This document shows positions 9,922-16,715 of a stretch of 64,000 nt of DNA, piece after piece (the stretch's first letter is position 1; the number at the start of each line of letters is the position of its first letter). A program made the position numbers and the translations under genes. A model generated the notes under the pieces. The model saw only the letters and a list, made by a program, of their open reading frames with translations, was not told the origin of the DNA and did not search any database. Source of the DNA: a virus (taxonomy: Duplodnaviria > Heunggongvirae > Uroviricota > Caudoviricetes); IMG/VR virus record IMGVR_UViG_3300017766_004476, positions 12,413-76,412 of that record, one strand, 5' to 3'.

Positions 9922-10179
9922 CTAGTAGCGCATAGTGACCACCTTCCTTTCTTTCACAGCATCCAATCCGGACAGCTGAGTGCACCCCTTCACTGAGGTG
10001 GCTGACCCATCCACAGCACCGCAATCAAATTGATTACCTTTACTCATCATCGGAGTAAAGTGCTCATCGCTCCAGCTCACACTCAGCTCAGCGCCCTGCA
10101 CTGCTGGGCTCCCTATCACAGGGCGCTGAGTCATGAGTATGTGTCCTGCGCTCGGTGTGATGAATATGTTCTTAATCAT
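9922..10179 (-). CDS. island gene 8, hypothetical (85 aa)
   Basis: GC-rich ORF. Promoter at 10193-10221 (TTGCAC-N17-TATAAG), 13-nt leader. Confidence 0.5.
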   Translation of the reverse strand: MIKNIFITPSAGHILMTQRPVIGSPAVQGAELSVSWSDEHFTPMMSKGNQFDCGAVDGSATSVKGCTQLSGLDAVKERKVVTMRY

Positions 10180-10192
10180 AACGTCTGCCTAT

Positions 10193-10221
10193 CTTATAGC
10201 TGCAGCCCGATTAGAGTGCAA
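10193..10221 (-). promoter_or_regulatory. island promoter TTGCAC-N17-TATAAG
   Basis: Exact hexamers and spacing. One of 8 copies. Confidence 0.5.
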
Positions 10222-10230
10222 CCGTTTTGT

Positions 10231-10626
10231 TTACTTTACTTCAACAGCCTCAACGAGCGGACCGTTCTGGTTGCCCACGCACCACATAATCCAAGCCCCA
10301 GCAATGGTGCGTGCGCGGAGCTCCCAACCGTTCGACATCGCAGCCAAGTAGCCGCAAATCCAATCTGGACGGAACGACTGGCGGATGCTCTCAGGCGTCA
10401 AGCCATATTCGTATGCAGAGAGCTCGATGCGCTCCAATCCGAACTCGTTGAAGTGATACGATGCCTCGCCTGCATAGATGTGTACATCGTTTCGCTTATC
10501 AATCTCGATGGTCACATCGCCGGGTGCCTCGATGACTTGCTTCATCGTTGCGCGACGCTCTGCGCAGGCTTCAGCAGTTAGCGCTTCAGGGTTGGTGATG
10601 GTCGTGAGCTTGAATTTATATTTCAT
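10231..10626 (-). CDS. island gene 7, hypothetical (131 aa)
   Basis: GC-rich ORF. The -10 CATACT lies 6 nt before the ATG, predicting a leaderless mRNA. Confidence 0.55.
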   Translation of the reverse strand: MKYKFKLTTITNPEALTAEACAERRATMKQVIEAPGDVTIEIDKRNDVHIYAGEASYHFNEFGLERIELSAYEYGLTPESIRQSFRPDWICGYLAAMSNGWELRARTIAGAWIMWCVGNQNGPLVEAVEVK

Positions 10627-10632
10627 AGATGC

Positions 10633-10661
10633 AGTATGGCTCTTTTTCGGAGGGAGTGCAA
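10633..10661 (-). promoter_or_regulatory. island promoter TTGCAC-N17-CATACT
   Basis: Exact hexamers and spacing. Confidence 0.5.
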
Positions 10662-10910
10662 CTACTTTGTGGGGCGCGGCAGGCTCGGAGGAATCGTCAG
10701 GAGGCTCCGACTCGTGATGTTCATGATGCCCACCACCGGCACCTGCTCTACCAAATTGGGAATGATTGCTTGCACTCCGCAGATGAAATGGAACTCAGCA
10801 TCGCGGCCTGCCTTGCCCTTCGGCCACCCCTTCTTGTCGAGGAGCTGGAGCTCGGTGAGGTGCTTAAGGAGCATTGCGTGTAGTTCGTCGAATGTGATGT
10901 TCTTTATCAT
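10662..10910 (-). CDS. island gene 6, hypothetical (82 aa)
   Basis: Same architecture. Promoter at 10917-10945. Confidence 0.5.
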   Translation of the reverse strand: MIKNITFDELHAMLLKHLTELQLLDKKGWPKGKAGRDAEFHFICGVQAIIPNLVEQVPVVGIMNITSRSLLTIPPSLPRPTK

Positions 10911-10916
10911 GTCAAT

Positions 10917-10945
10917 AGTATGGTTGATTTCTCGTTCTAGTGCAA
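10917..10945 (-). promoter_or_regulatory. island promoter TTGCAC-N17-CATACT
   Basis: Exact hexamers, 6 nt to the ATG. Confidence 0.5.
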
Positions 10946-11158
10946 CTACTCATTCCGAAATCGTGCCACAATGTTGTCCAAGTCAACACCCCGCATCACG
11001 TCCAATCCGCAATGGGTGCTCGGATGCAAGCGCTTATTGTCCAATGCGCACACATCCTTCATCCGCTGGTGCAGCTCCGGCTTGAGCACTTTGGCCCAGC
11101 TTGCGATGTGCTCTTCTTGGATTTTGATTCCTTCCGCAACTGTGAACTTAATTTTCAT
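10946..11158 (-). CDS. island gene 5, hypothetical (70 aa)
   Basis: Same architecture. Promoter at 11165-11193. Confidence 0.5.
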   Translation of the reverse strand: MKIKFTVAEGIKIQEEHIASWAKVLKPELHQRMKDVCALDNKRLHPSTHCGLDVMRGVDLDNIVARFRNE

Positions 11159-11164
11159 ACAGTC

Positions 11165-11193
11165 AGTATGGCTCTAAATTTGTTTCTGTGCAA
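11165..11193 (-). promoter_or_regulatory. island promoter TTGCAC-N17-CATACT
   Basis: Exact hexamers, 6 nt to the ATG. Confidence 0.5.
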
Positions 11194-11312
11194 CTACTTT
11201 TCCGAATTCTTTTCAGCGCCTACGCTCGAGAGAATGCACTCCCTCGCACACCGCAATAGCCCTAAGCGCTGAAAGGAACTCGGAGGGGCTGCCTCCGAGT
11301 AGTGTAAAGGCT

Positions 11313-11591
11313 TTAGGCCGCAGAGGCAACAGCTTTCTTCCGCACGGCGCGCTTCTTCGGAGCCGGAGCCTCGGGCTCAACCGCTTTGGGAGCCGGAGCC
11401 GCCACGAGCTTCGCCTGCTTGGGCTCGCGCTTGGCCCGCTCGTTGAGCCAGCGGAACGTGGGGGTGTGCAGAACGGCCGGATAGGTTCCGTTGCTCTGCG
11501 CCTGAGCGATGAGCTGGTTGACCGCATCGGTCGCGCTGAGCTCTTTGCGCTTGACGCGCTCCTTGTAGCTGTGATGCATTGTTGTCTTCAT
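11313..11591 (-). CDS. island gene 4: small basic protein with Ala/Pro/Lys-rich histone-H1-like tail (AAPAPKAVEPEAPAPKKRAVRKKAVASAA)
   Basis: Start at MKTTMHH. Promoter at 11635-11663 (TTGCAC-N17-TAATAT), 44-nt leader. Confidence 0.5.
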   Translation of the reverse strand: MKTTMHHSYKERVKRKELSATDAVNQLIAQAQSNGTYPAVLHTPTFRWLNERAKREPKQAKLVAAPAPKAVEPEAPAPKKRAVRKKAVASAA

Positions 11592-11634
11592 ATGTTTTTG
11601 TTTCCGACAGTAATCGTTATTGATTACAAAAAAG

Positions 11635-11663
11635 ATATTAGCTGTTTCCCGTGGGCAGTGCAA
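11635..11663 (-). promoter_or_regulatory. island promoter TTGCAC-N17-TAATAT
   Basis: Exact spacing. Confidence 0.45.
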
Positions 11664-11669
11664 CTCTTT

Positions 11670-11960
11670 TTAGAGTTTAATTACAACTACTTCCGCAATA
11701 TAGTGCTTGCCCGTCCCGTGCTGTTTGCCGAATATAGAGAACACCCAGCCGGAGATCTCGTCGTTCATATCCCGCATCCAGGAAACTTCTTCCGCCTGGA
11801 GCTGCTCGTCGTCGGGCAATGCATCGACGTACGCATTGATTGCAGCCATCTCGTGCGAGGGCTCGGGCCTCCGGTCCACCGCATCGTAGTGCTGGCCCCG
11901 GAGGCTGGGCGTATCGAAGTAGTTCTTAATCGTTATCCGGACCGCATATTTCATTTTCAT
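11670..11960 (-). CDS. island gene 3, hypothetical (~96 aa)
   Basis: Start placed at the second ATG so the -10 (CACACT, 11967-11972) lies 6 nt upstream, as in its siblings. Confidence 0.5.
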   Translation of the reverse strand: MKMKYAVRITIKNYFDTPSLRGQHYDAVDRRPEPSHEMAAINAYVDALPDDEQLQAEEVSWMRDMNDEISGWVFSIFGKQHGTGKHYIAEVVVIKL

Positions 11961-11966
11961 ACTCAT

Positions 11967-11995
11967 AGTGTGGCTCCGTTTCTAGTTCTGTGCAA
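11967..11995 (-). promoter_or_regulatory. island promoter TTGCAC-N17-CACACT
   Basis: Exact spacing. Confidence 0.45.
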
Positions 11996-11998
11996 CTA

Positions 11999-12370
11999 TT
12001 AATTGTAGAAATGTTTCCGAATTACAGAGTTGCCTTCGATGGTGAGAACGACTTCAATACAGCACTCGCTGTCTTCCGAATTCTGATACATGACCCAGCA
12101 GCCCGGAGTGTGCCACCCGCTGACCGTATTCTTATCCTTATCGCGCCAGAACACCACCCCCGACAGCTCTCCTTGTGGAATGTCGAGCTTTTCCGCCACC
12201 TCGATACACAAGTTGCCGATATCAGCTTCCATCCCCATCCCATCCTTGCCGAATCCGATAGGCTGAGCATAGACGGGACCACGGCCCAGCCATTGGCTGA
12301 AGCACATCCACAATTTGCTATCGTCGATGTAGTCAATCATCTTCCGGTCAATTGTCGTATCATTTATCAT
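11999..12370 (-). CDS. island gene 2, hypothetical (~123 aa)
   Basis: The -10 CATACT (12377-12382) sits inside the longest ORF, so the start is moved to the Met 6 nt downstream (MINDTT…). Confidence 0.5.
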   Translation of the reverse strand: MINDTTIDRKMIDYIDDSKLWMCFSQWLGRGPVYAQPIGFGKDGMGMEADIGNLCIEVAEKLDIPQGELSGVVFWRDKDKNTVSGWHTPGCWVMYQNSEDSECCIEVVLTIEGNSVIRKHFYN

Positions 12371-12376
12371 ACCCAG

Positions 12377-12405
12377 AGTATGGCTCATCCGCAGGAGCAG
12401 TGCAA
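12377..12405 (-). promoter_or_regulatory. island promoter TTGCAC-N17-CATACT
   Basis: Exact spacing. Confidence 0.5.
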
Positions 12406-12447
12406 CAATTTTCTAAAATATATTTCACGGCCCACCCGAATTTTTGC

Positions 12448-12476
12448 TTGCACATTCCCGAATTTTTCTTTATAAT
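12448..12476 (+). promoter_or_regulatory. plus-strand island promoter P1 (TTGCAC-N17-TATAAT)
   Basis: Consensus-like hexamers. Transcript would start GGGATTGGACCCCTCG. Confidence 0.5.
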
Positions 12477-12527
12477 GGGATTGGACCCCTCGTTACTTTA
12501 CTTTACAAAGAAAGCCCGAATAATGTA

Positions 12528-12556
12528 TTGCACTGCTAAAAAGAAACCGCTATAAT
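12528..12556 (+). promoter_or_regulatory. plus-strand island promoter P2 (TTGCAC-N17-TATAAT)
   Basis: Tandem copy of P1. Transcript would start GGGTCTGGACCTCTCG. Confidence 0.5.
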
Positions 12557-12562
12557 GGGTCT

Positions 12563-12668
12563 GGACCTCTCGTCGCTCGGCCTCCCGCACATAGGGAAAG
12601 GGAGATTATCGCTCCCTCTCGGTGTGAAAAGCCAGCTCCAAATCCTTTTCTTTTCTGCTGGCTTTTTA
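12563..12668 (+). ncRNA. candidate small non-coding RNA (~105 nt from P2, ~185 nt from P1) ending at an intrinsic terminator
   Basis: Promoter, then internal hairpin AGGGAGattatcgcTCCCT, then terminator AAAGCCAGC…GCTGGCTTT + TTTAT (12627-12668). No plausible ORF or SD. Confidence 0.4.
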
Positions 12669-12728
12669 TCAAGGAGAGTGCGACACTCTCGTCGAATGTC
12701 GCACTCTGTGAACTTTCAGACTTGCCTT

Positions 12729-13265
12729 TTAGCCGTTCGCTTCGACCGGCTGCTCAGCGATGTTTTCGACTTGGGGCTGGCCTTCCGGAGCCGGAGTGGG
12801 CTCGGGCGTCGCACCTTCCGGGGCCTGCGCAGCCTTTTTGCTGGCCTTCTTCGCGGCGGGCTTGGTCTTCTTGGCTTCCTTCGCAGCGCGCGCTTCCGCA
12901 GCCTTCGCAGCGCCATCGGACGGGGCGTTCGTCTTCATCTTCCCGTTCAGCTCGAACAGCTTGGCGATGAGCTTTTCCGGATTGGTGCTTGCCATCTTGT
13001 GCATCTCGAACTCCTGGGCCTTCTTGCCCGCGCGCTTGCGCACTTCCTCAATCGTCGCGCCCTTCCGCAGGTCGCTCAGCACGTTCTTGGGAACGTAGAA
13101 TTCGACGATTTCGTCGACCTCAACCTTGCGCCCGAGAATCTCGGAGCGACCCTTGGCCTTGTCGGCGAGGTAGTTGGCGTTGGTATTGCGGGAAGCACCG
13201 GTCAAGCAGCAGACGAGCTGCGGGCACTTCGATTTGGATTCGTTCTTTTTTGCTTTGCGAGCCAT
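12729..13265 (-). CDS. island gene 1: Lys-rich basic protein with AKKxAAK/PEP-rich C-terminal tail (histone-H1/AlgP-like tail)
   Basis: Start at MARKAKK. Promoter at 13335-13363 (TTGCAC-N17-TATCTT) with ~70-nt leader. The antisense 336-aa plus ORF is low-complexity and rejected. Confidence 0.55.
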   Translation of the reverse strand: MARKAKKNESKSKCPQLVCCLTGASRNTNANYLADKAKGRSEILGRKVEVDEIVEFYVPKNVLSDLRKGATIEEVRKRAGKKAQEFEMHKMASTNPEKLIAKLFELNGKMKTNAPSDGAAKAAEARAAKEAKKTKPAAKKASKKAAQAPEGATPEPTPAPEGQPQVENIAEQPVEANG

Positions 13266-13334
13266 ATGTTTGGTTCTTTCTATTTGTTGTTGTTTGTTTG
13301 CTTTACTACTATTCAGCACTTAGCTGATGTTGAT

Positions 13335-13363
13335 AAGATATGTTCTATTTTCGTTCTGTGCAA
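13335..13363 (-). promoter_or_regulatory. island promoter TTGCAC-N17-TATCTT
   Basis: Exact spacing. Confidence 0.4.
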
Positions 13364-13513
13364 CTTTATTTTGAACTTTTTTTCACTTTTGTTTAGCTTA
13401 GTGTTTCTTATCTACATCGTGCGCAAGCACTTTCTTATGCACCAATCTATATGCTTATTAATAACTAGCAAGAAAAATCTGAATAAAAAGTTCACGAAAT
13501 CCCGAATAAAAGC

Positions 13514-13541
13514 TTGCATCCCGGAGAAATATCGCTATAAT
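13514..13541 (+). promoter_or_regulatory. sigma70-like promoter TTGCAT-N16-TATAAT driving a 12-codon ORF and a structured RNA
   Basis: Followed by a perfect SD AAGGAG (13554-13559) and ATG at 13565 (MLRMRSAHDKRS*, 13565-13603). Confidence 0.45.
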
Positions 13542-13708
13542 ATGTTCTCTTTTAAGGAGTTCTAATGTTGAGAATGAGATCCGCTCATGATAAGAGATCT
13601 TAATCGGATCAGATTAGGGATGGGGCTCTGGGTTGCGGAGTGCAGATGTGGATAAGGTCTGAGGCCTCCCGGCTGCGGATCTGGCTCCGGTCCGGATGCA
13701 GCTCGGCA

Positions 13709-13785
13709 TTCAGGGAACGCGCTCTGCAGAGAAATCAGATTTACTTGAATGATTTTTGATTTCTCTGCAGAGCGCGTTCCCTGAA
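13709..13785. repeat. 29-bp perfect inverted repeat (arms 13709-13737 and 13757-13785) with a 19-nt loop
   Basis: TTCAGGGAACGCGCTCTGCAGAGAAATCA / TGATTTCTCTGCAGAGCGCGTTCCCTGAA, exact reverse complements. Confidence 0.9.
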
Positions 13786-14283
13786 AGAACACAGCGCGCC
13801 CGAATAAAAGCTTGATTATCCCTATAATGCGAGAACACTGTGCACTTTAATGATTCTCTGAGGCCTTTGTTCTAAGTCGTAAAGGTATGAATCACTGTGT
13901 TTGTATATGAAATGAAACAAACCTATTTAGAACAAAAGCTACATAGGGATCCGCAGGGGTTAAAAGATATGTCTGACTCGGTAGATATGTAATGAAGAGG
14001 AAGCGCTGAGGAGAGCCTGGCGGGGCAGAGAGTTCTGATACGTGTGTACGCGGTTCTGATAACGTGACGCGGGTATCAGATTGAGACGGGGCTAATAGAT
14101 AGGCCCCGCGAGGTTCTGAATATGAGGGTTCTTTAAACTATCTGAAGGATTACGGATTATAAGAGAGCTACCGGACCGAATAATGCGGATCGGTAGAGGC
14201 TTATAGGGCTCGGAAGGAGTCCGGAATATCTAGAGTTGAGAAAGTTGGAAAAAAATTATCCGGATCCGGGTACCTTTATACGC

Positions 14284-14359
14284 GACCAATTTTCCACTCT
14301 CTTCAGATCACCAATTCTCTTGAGTATTCTCATCCACTCTCTTCAGATCACCAATTCTC
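14284..14359. repeat. 27-bp direct repeat x2 (CCACTCTCTTCAGATCACCAATTCTCT)
   Basis: Two copies separated by ~22 nt, just outside the island's right boundary. Confidence 0.8.
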
Positions 14360-14391
14360 TCAAGCAGTCTCTGCCTCCTTATTTCTCTCCA

Positions 14392-14435
14392 TAAAAAATC
14401 CCATTACTAGATCTATCTCAATTTCTAGTAATGGG
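14392..14435 (-). terminator. rho-independent terminator downstream of 14456..14767
   Basis: CCCATTACTAGA…TCTAGTAATGGG hairpin followed by TTTTTT on the minus strand. Confidence 0.6.
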
Positions 14436-14455
14436 AAGAGTAAAAGACTCGATCT

Positions 14456-14767
14456 TTATTCTATATACTTCCAGAGTATATCGTAAATACGTCTCAGGTC
14501 CTTCTTAACCTCATTAGTTATCACTCCGTTCTCGTCAGGGTACTTCTTGTTTATGTGTTCTATTCCTATTAAGCATTCATGAGCCATCATACTGAAGTTC
14601 ATCCGTGCTTCATCCTTTCTTTGCTCTTCAGGAGTCATCTCAGGATGTACCGGCTTAGGTACTAGTGTTGCCTGATCTTTCATCTCTTTAGGGAAGATGT
14701 CGGGAGGAGTAGGAGAGGTTATCTGATCGTATGCCTCTGCCAAGAGTTGGGTGTCTTTATTCTTCAT
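14456..14767 (-). CDS. small protein, MKNKDTQLLAEAY leader family
   Basis: Leader family member. Its 5' ~40 nt repeats in the next two loci. Confidence 0.5.
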   Translation of the reverse strand: MKNKDTQLLAEAYDQITSPTPPDIFPKEMKDQATLVPKPVHPEMTPEEQRKDEARMNFSMMAHECLIGIEHINKKYPDENGVITNEVKKDLRRIYDILWKYIE

Positions 14768-15006
14768 GGTCGTTCATCTCCATCTACCCGGAGAAGGGTT
14801 AACAGCTTATGTGCTAAGTCCGCCTCTTCAGGAGTGAGACCTTCTTTCACATCTTTAACATATGACAGCTCCCCCATAAGGCTGTCAATTAACATATGTG
14901 ACTCTTCTTTGGGGTTTAATTTTATGAGAGTTGCTTTGGGGCCTTTAGGCTTATTAACTTTACCTTCATATGCCTCTGCCAAGAGTTGGGTGTCTTTATT
15001 CTTCAT
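14764..15006 (-). CDS. small protein, MKNKDTQLLAEAY leader family
   Basis: Tandem paralog. Confidence 0.5.
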   Translation of the reverse strand: MKNKDTQLLAEAYEGKVNKPKGPKATLIKLNPKEESHMLIDSLMGELSYVKDVKEGLTPEEADLAHKLLTLLRVDGDERP

Positions 15007-15015
15007 TATCTTTAT

Positions 15016-15321
15016 TTAGAGATATTTCCAAATATTCTTTTTACCTAAAGGTATAATCTCAATGCCATCACGGCACAGGAGCAGATAGTTTTCATCACCC
15101 TCTCCGGACCCTTCTAAGAACATCGGAAGTGCTACCTCGATCGGTACCGTACCATCTTCCTTACACTCTTCAATTGCATCTTCAACGCTTCCGAAGACCT
15201 GCGTTAGAATCAGTTCTTTTAACGAAGAGAAGCGGGTACGAATTTTCGGTTGATTGTCCCCGAAATAGTCATCCATTCCAATGAGAATGAATTCGCGATC
15301 TGTTGTCTTATTCTCTTTCAT
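15016..15321 (-). CDS. hypothetical protein (101 aa)
   Basis: ORF. An in-frame stop immediately upstream prevents fusion with the leader remnant. Confidence 0.45.
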   Translation of the reverse strand: MKENKTTDREFILIGMDDYFGDNQPKIRTRFSSLKELILTQVFGSVEDAIEECKEDGTVPIEVALPMFLEGSGEGDENYLLLCRDGIEIIPLGKKNIWKYL

Positions 15322-15409
15322 ACTTTATTTGTTGAGGGAGAAGAAATTGAGGACCTTTAACCTTTTGTTCATATGCCTCTGCCAACAATTGAGCGTCTTT
15401 CTTATTCAT
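15308..15409 (-). pseudogene. 33-codon remnant of the LLAEAY leader family (MNKKDAQLLAEAYEQKVKGP…*)
   Basis: Retains the conserved leader and 5' DNA repeat but stops after 33 codons and overlaps the next gene. Confidence 0.3.
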
Positions 15410-15413
15410 ATTT

Positions 15414-15713
15414 TTATTTAGTGCGGTACACTGTGATAATAGTCTTCTCTTCCTTGCCATCATCTCCATCAACCCACATTTCAAGAGATGTATCATCATC
15501 TACTCCCTCGGTGGGAATACCCAGAAGCCATGATATTAGAGTAACTGTGCGTGAGTTGTTAAGAAGGACAGTTAAACCGAAATCATCATTTGCTTCAAAA
15601 ACCCGTCCTGGGATTTCTACTCCATTATCATACCGCAGGGTTACAAAGTCTCCCTTTGCTAAGCTATTCACTTCTGTTATCTTTATGAGCTTAACTTTCT
15701 TATTCATACACAC
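15414..15713 (-). CDS. hypothetical protein (99 aa)
   Basis: ORF. Confidence 0.45.
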   Translation of the reverse strand: MCMNKKVKLIKITEVNSLAKGDFVTLRYDNGVEIPGRVFEANDDFGLTVLLNNSRTVTLISWLLGIPTEGVDDDTSLEMWVDGDDGKEEKTIITVYRTK

Positions 15714-15964
15714 ATAATAAATGAGTCCTTAAGATGACTCAAGGACTCATTTAGAACATTCGTTTATCTTACAAAACTTTGTGTGCTTTAGAGACTGTGG
15801 TAACCTGATAATTAATCCTTCTTGAATTAGTGGCTGTTGAGCCTGGTTCGCTCCCCTTGGAGAGATCTTGAACTGATTAATATCCAGCTTAGTAGCTGGT
15901 GGGGATATTTGAGATTCTTTCTTCATATTCAGCCCCTAACATCCACAGGAACTCTCGCGCTCGG

Positions 15965-16228
15965 TCACCAAGCATTTTGTTGAGTGGGTGCTTCCCAGCA
16001 GCACACTTGGATCAGTGCTTCATTATCAATCCAGGTTGCACCCACCGGGTGACCCTTCACGAGGATAGAGTTTTGCTCTTCCCAGCTCTCGGTAGGAGCA
16101 GCGCTCGTAATTTGTTCTAGGGCAGAGGCAGCTGCCTGTTCGATATTATCAGCAGCAATTTCGATCAGGTCAATAGGTACGTTAGGCCCTGCGCTGATGT
16201 CTGATACTAATGCATAGAATTTTTTCAT
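15965..16228 (-). CDS. hypothetical protein (87 aa)
   Basis: ORF. Confidence 0.4.
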   Translation of the reverse strand: MKKFYALVSDISAGPNVPIDLIEIAADNIEQAAASALEQITSAAPTESWEEQNSILVKGHPVGATWIDNEALIQVCCWEAPTQQNAW

Positions 16229-16650
16229 ATTCCGAAAGGTGATTTGTGGTTTCCGACTCGTGAGTTGTTACGGTTGAGATAAACGTCTACATCATGAGCA
16301 GTTACGGGTCCGTAGTGCTGTTGCTGTGCAAGATAGGCAATATGCTCACTGGTAAAGTGACGATTATCTTTACAGAATCGGACCGTCTGAGCCTTAGTGT
16401 AATTAAGAGGACGAATCTTGAGAGTGATGTTGCAAGAGTTGTGCTCATAAACATCCCACCCATCAACCTTTCCAGTAAAGGAGTAGTCATATATGAAGAG
16501 TTTGAAAGATTGTAGAGAAGTCTTACATGCATCAGTATATAAATCTGAATGCGCACAGGCAGCAAGAGCACCCTTGAGAGTATGAGCAGTATAGACAAAC
16601 TCATCATTACACTGATTCTCTTTATCGTCTATTGCAATATGAAAGCGCAT
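16225..16650 (-). CDS. hypothetical protein (141 aa)
   Basis: ORF. CTAAATAAAC motif 53 nt upstream. Confidence 0.5.
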   Translation of the reverse strand: MRFHIAIDDKENQCNDEFVYTAHTLKGALAACAHSDLYTDACKTSLQSFKLFIYDYSFTGKVDGWDVYEHNSCNITLKIRPLNYTKAQTVRFCKDNRHFTSEHIAYLAQQQHYGPVTAHDVDVYLNRNNSRVGNHKSPFGI

Positions 16651-16715
16651 AATCTTTTATTCGTTAATGAAAGATTAAAGGAATTTTTATGTTAATACAA
16701 ATGTTTATTTAGTTT

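Larger units (their letters stand above)
9723..14257. mobile_element. GC-rich foreign island (~4.5 kb) bounded by 13-bp direct repeats TTGGAAAAAAATT (9723-9735 and 14245-14257)
   Basis: GC jumps from ~36% to ~55-68%. It contains 8 minus-strand genes with a shared promoter, plus-strand promoters driving non-coding transcripts, a 29-bp palindrome, and structured hairpins at both borders. No integrase or transposase is seen. Confidence 0.55.

Noticed and set aside
10030-12475. Several 100-180-aa plus-strand ORFs in the island (10030..10581, 10636..11085, 11466..12002, 11990..12475)
   Set aside because: They are antisense to the promoter-equipped minus-strand genes. They have biased composition, and no promoter or SD is seen.
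12555-13565. 336-aa plus-strand ORF, the longest in the island
   Set aside because: It is low-complexity (L/R/G/S-rich) and antisense to a well-formed Lys-rich gene. Its ATG is buried in the -10 of promoter P2. This is a typical spurious ORF in high-GC DNA.
13562-13792. 76-aa minus ORF
   Set aside because: It spans the 29-bp palindrome and the promoter/leader region. It has no start context and is likely not coding.
9723-14257. Possibility that the GC island is a cloning-vector or synthetic construct (NdeI CATATG at two start codons; HindIII, BamHI, KpnI, XhoI, XbaI and PstI sites present)
   Set aside because: The site arrangement matches no standard polylinker. High-GC DNA is naturally rich in such hexamers. 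The promoters are not vector promoters, and native phage-type motifs resume inside the right border. I cannot exclude an assembly chimera without read data.
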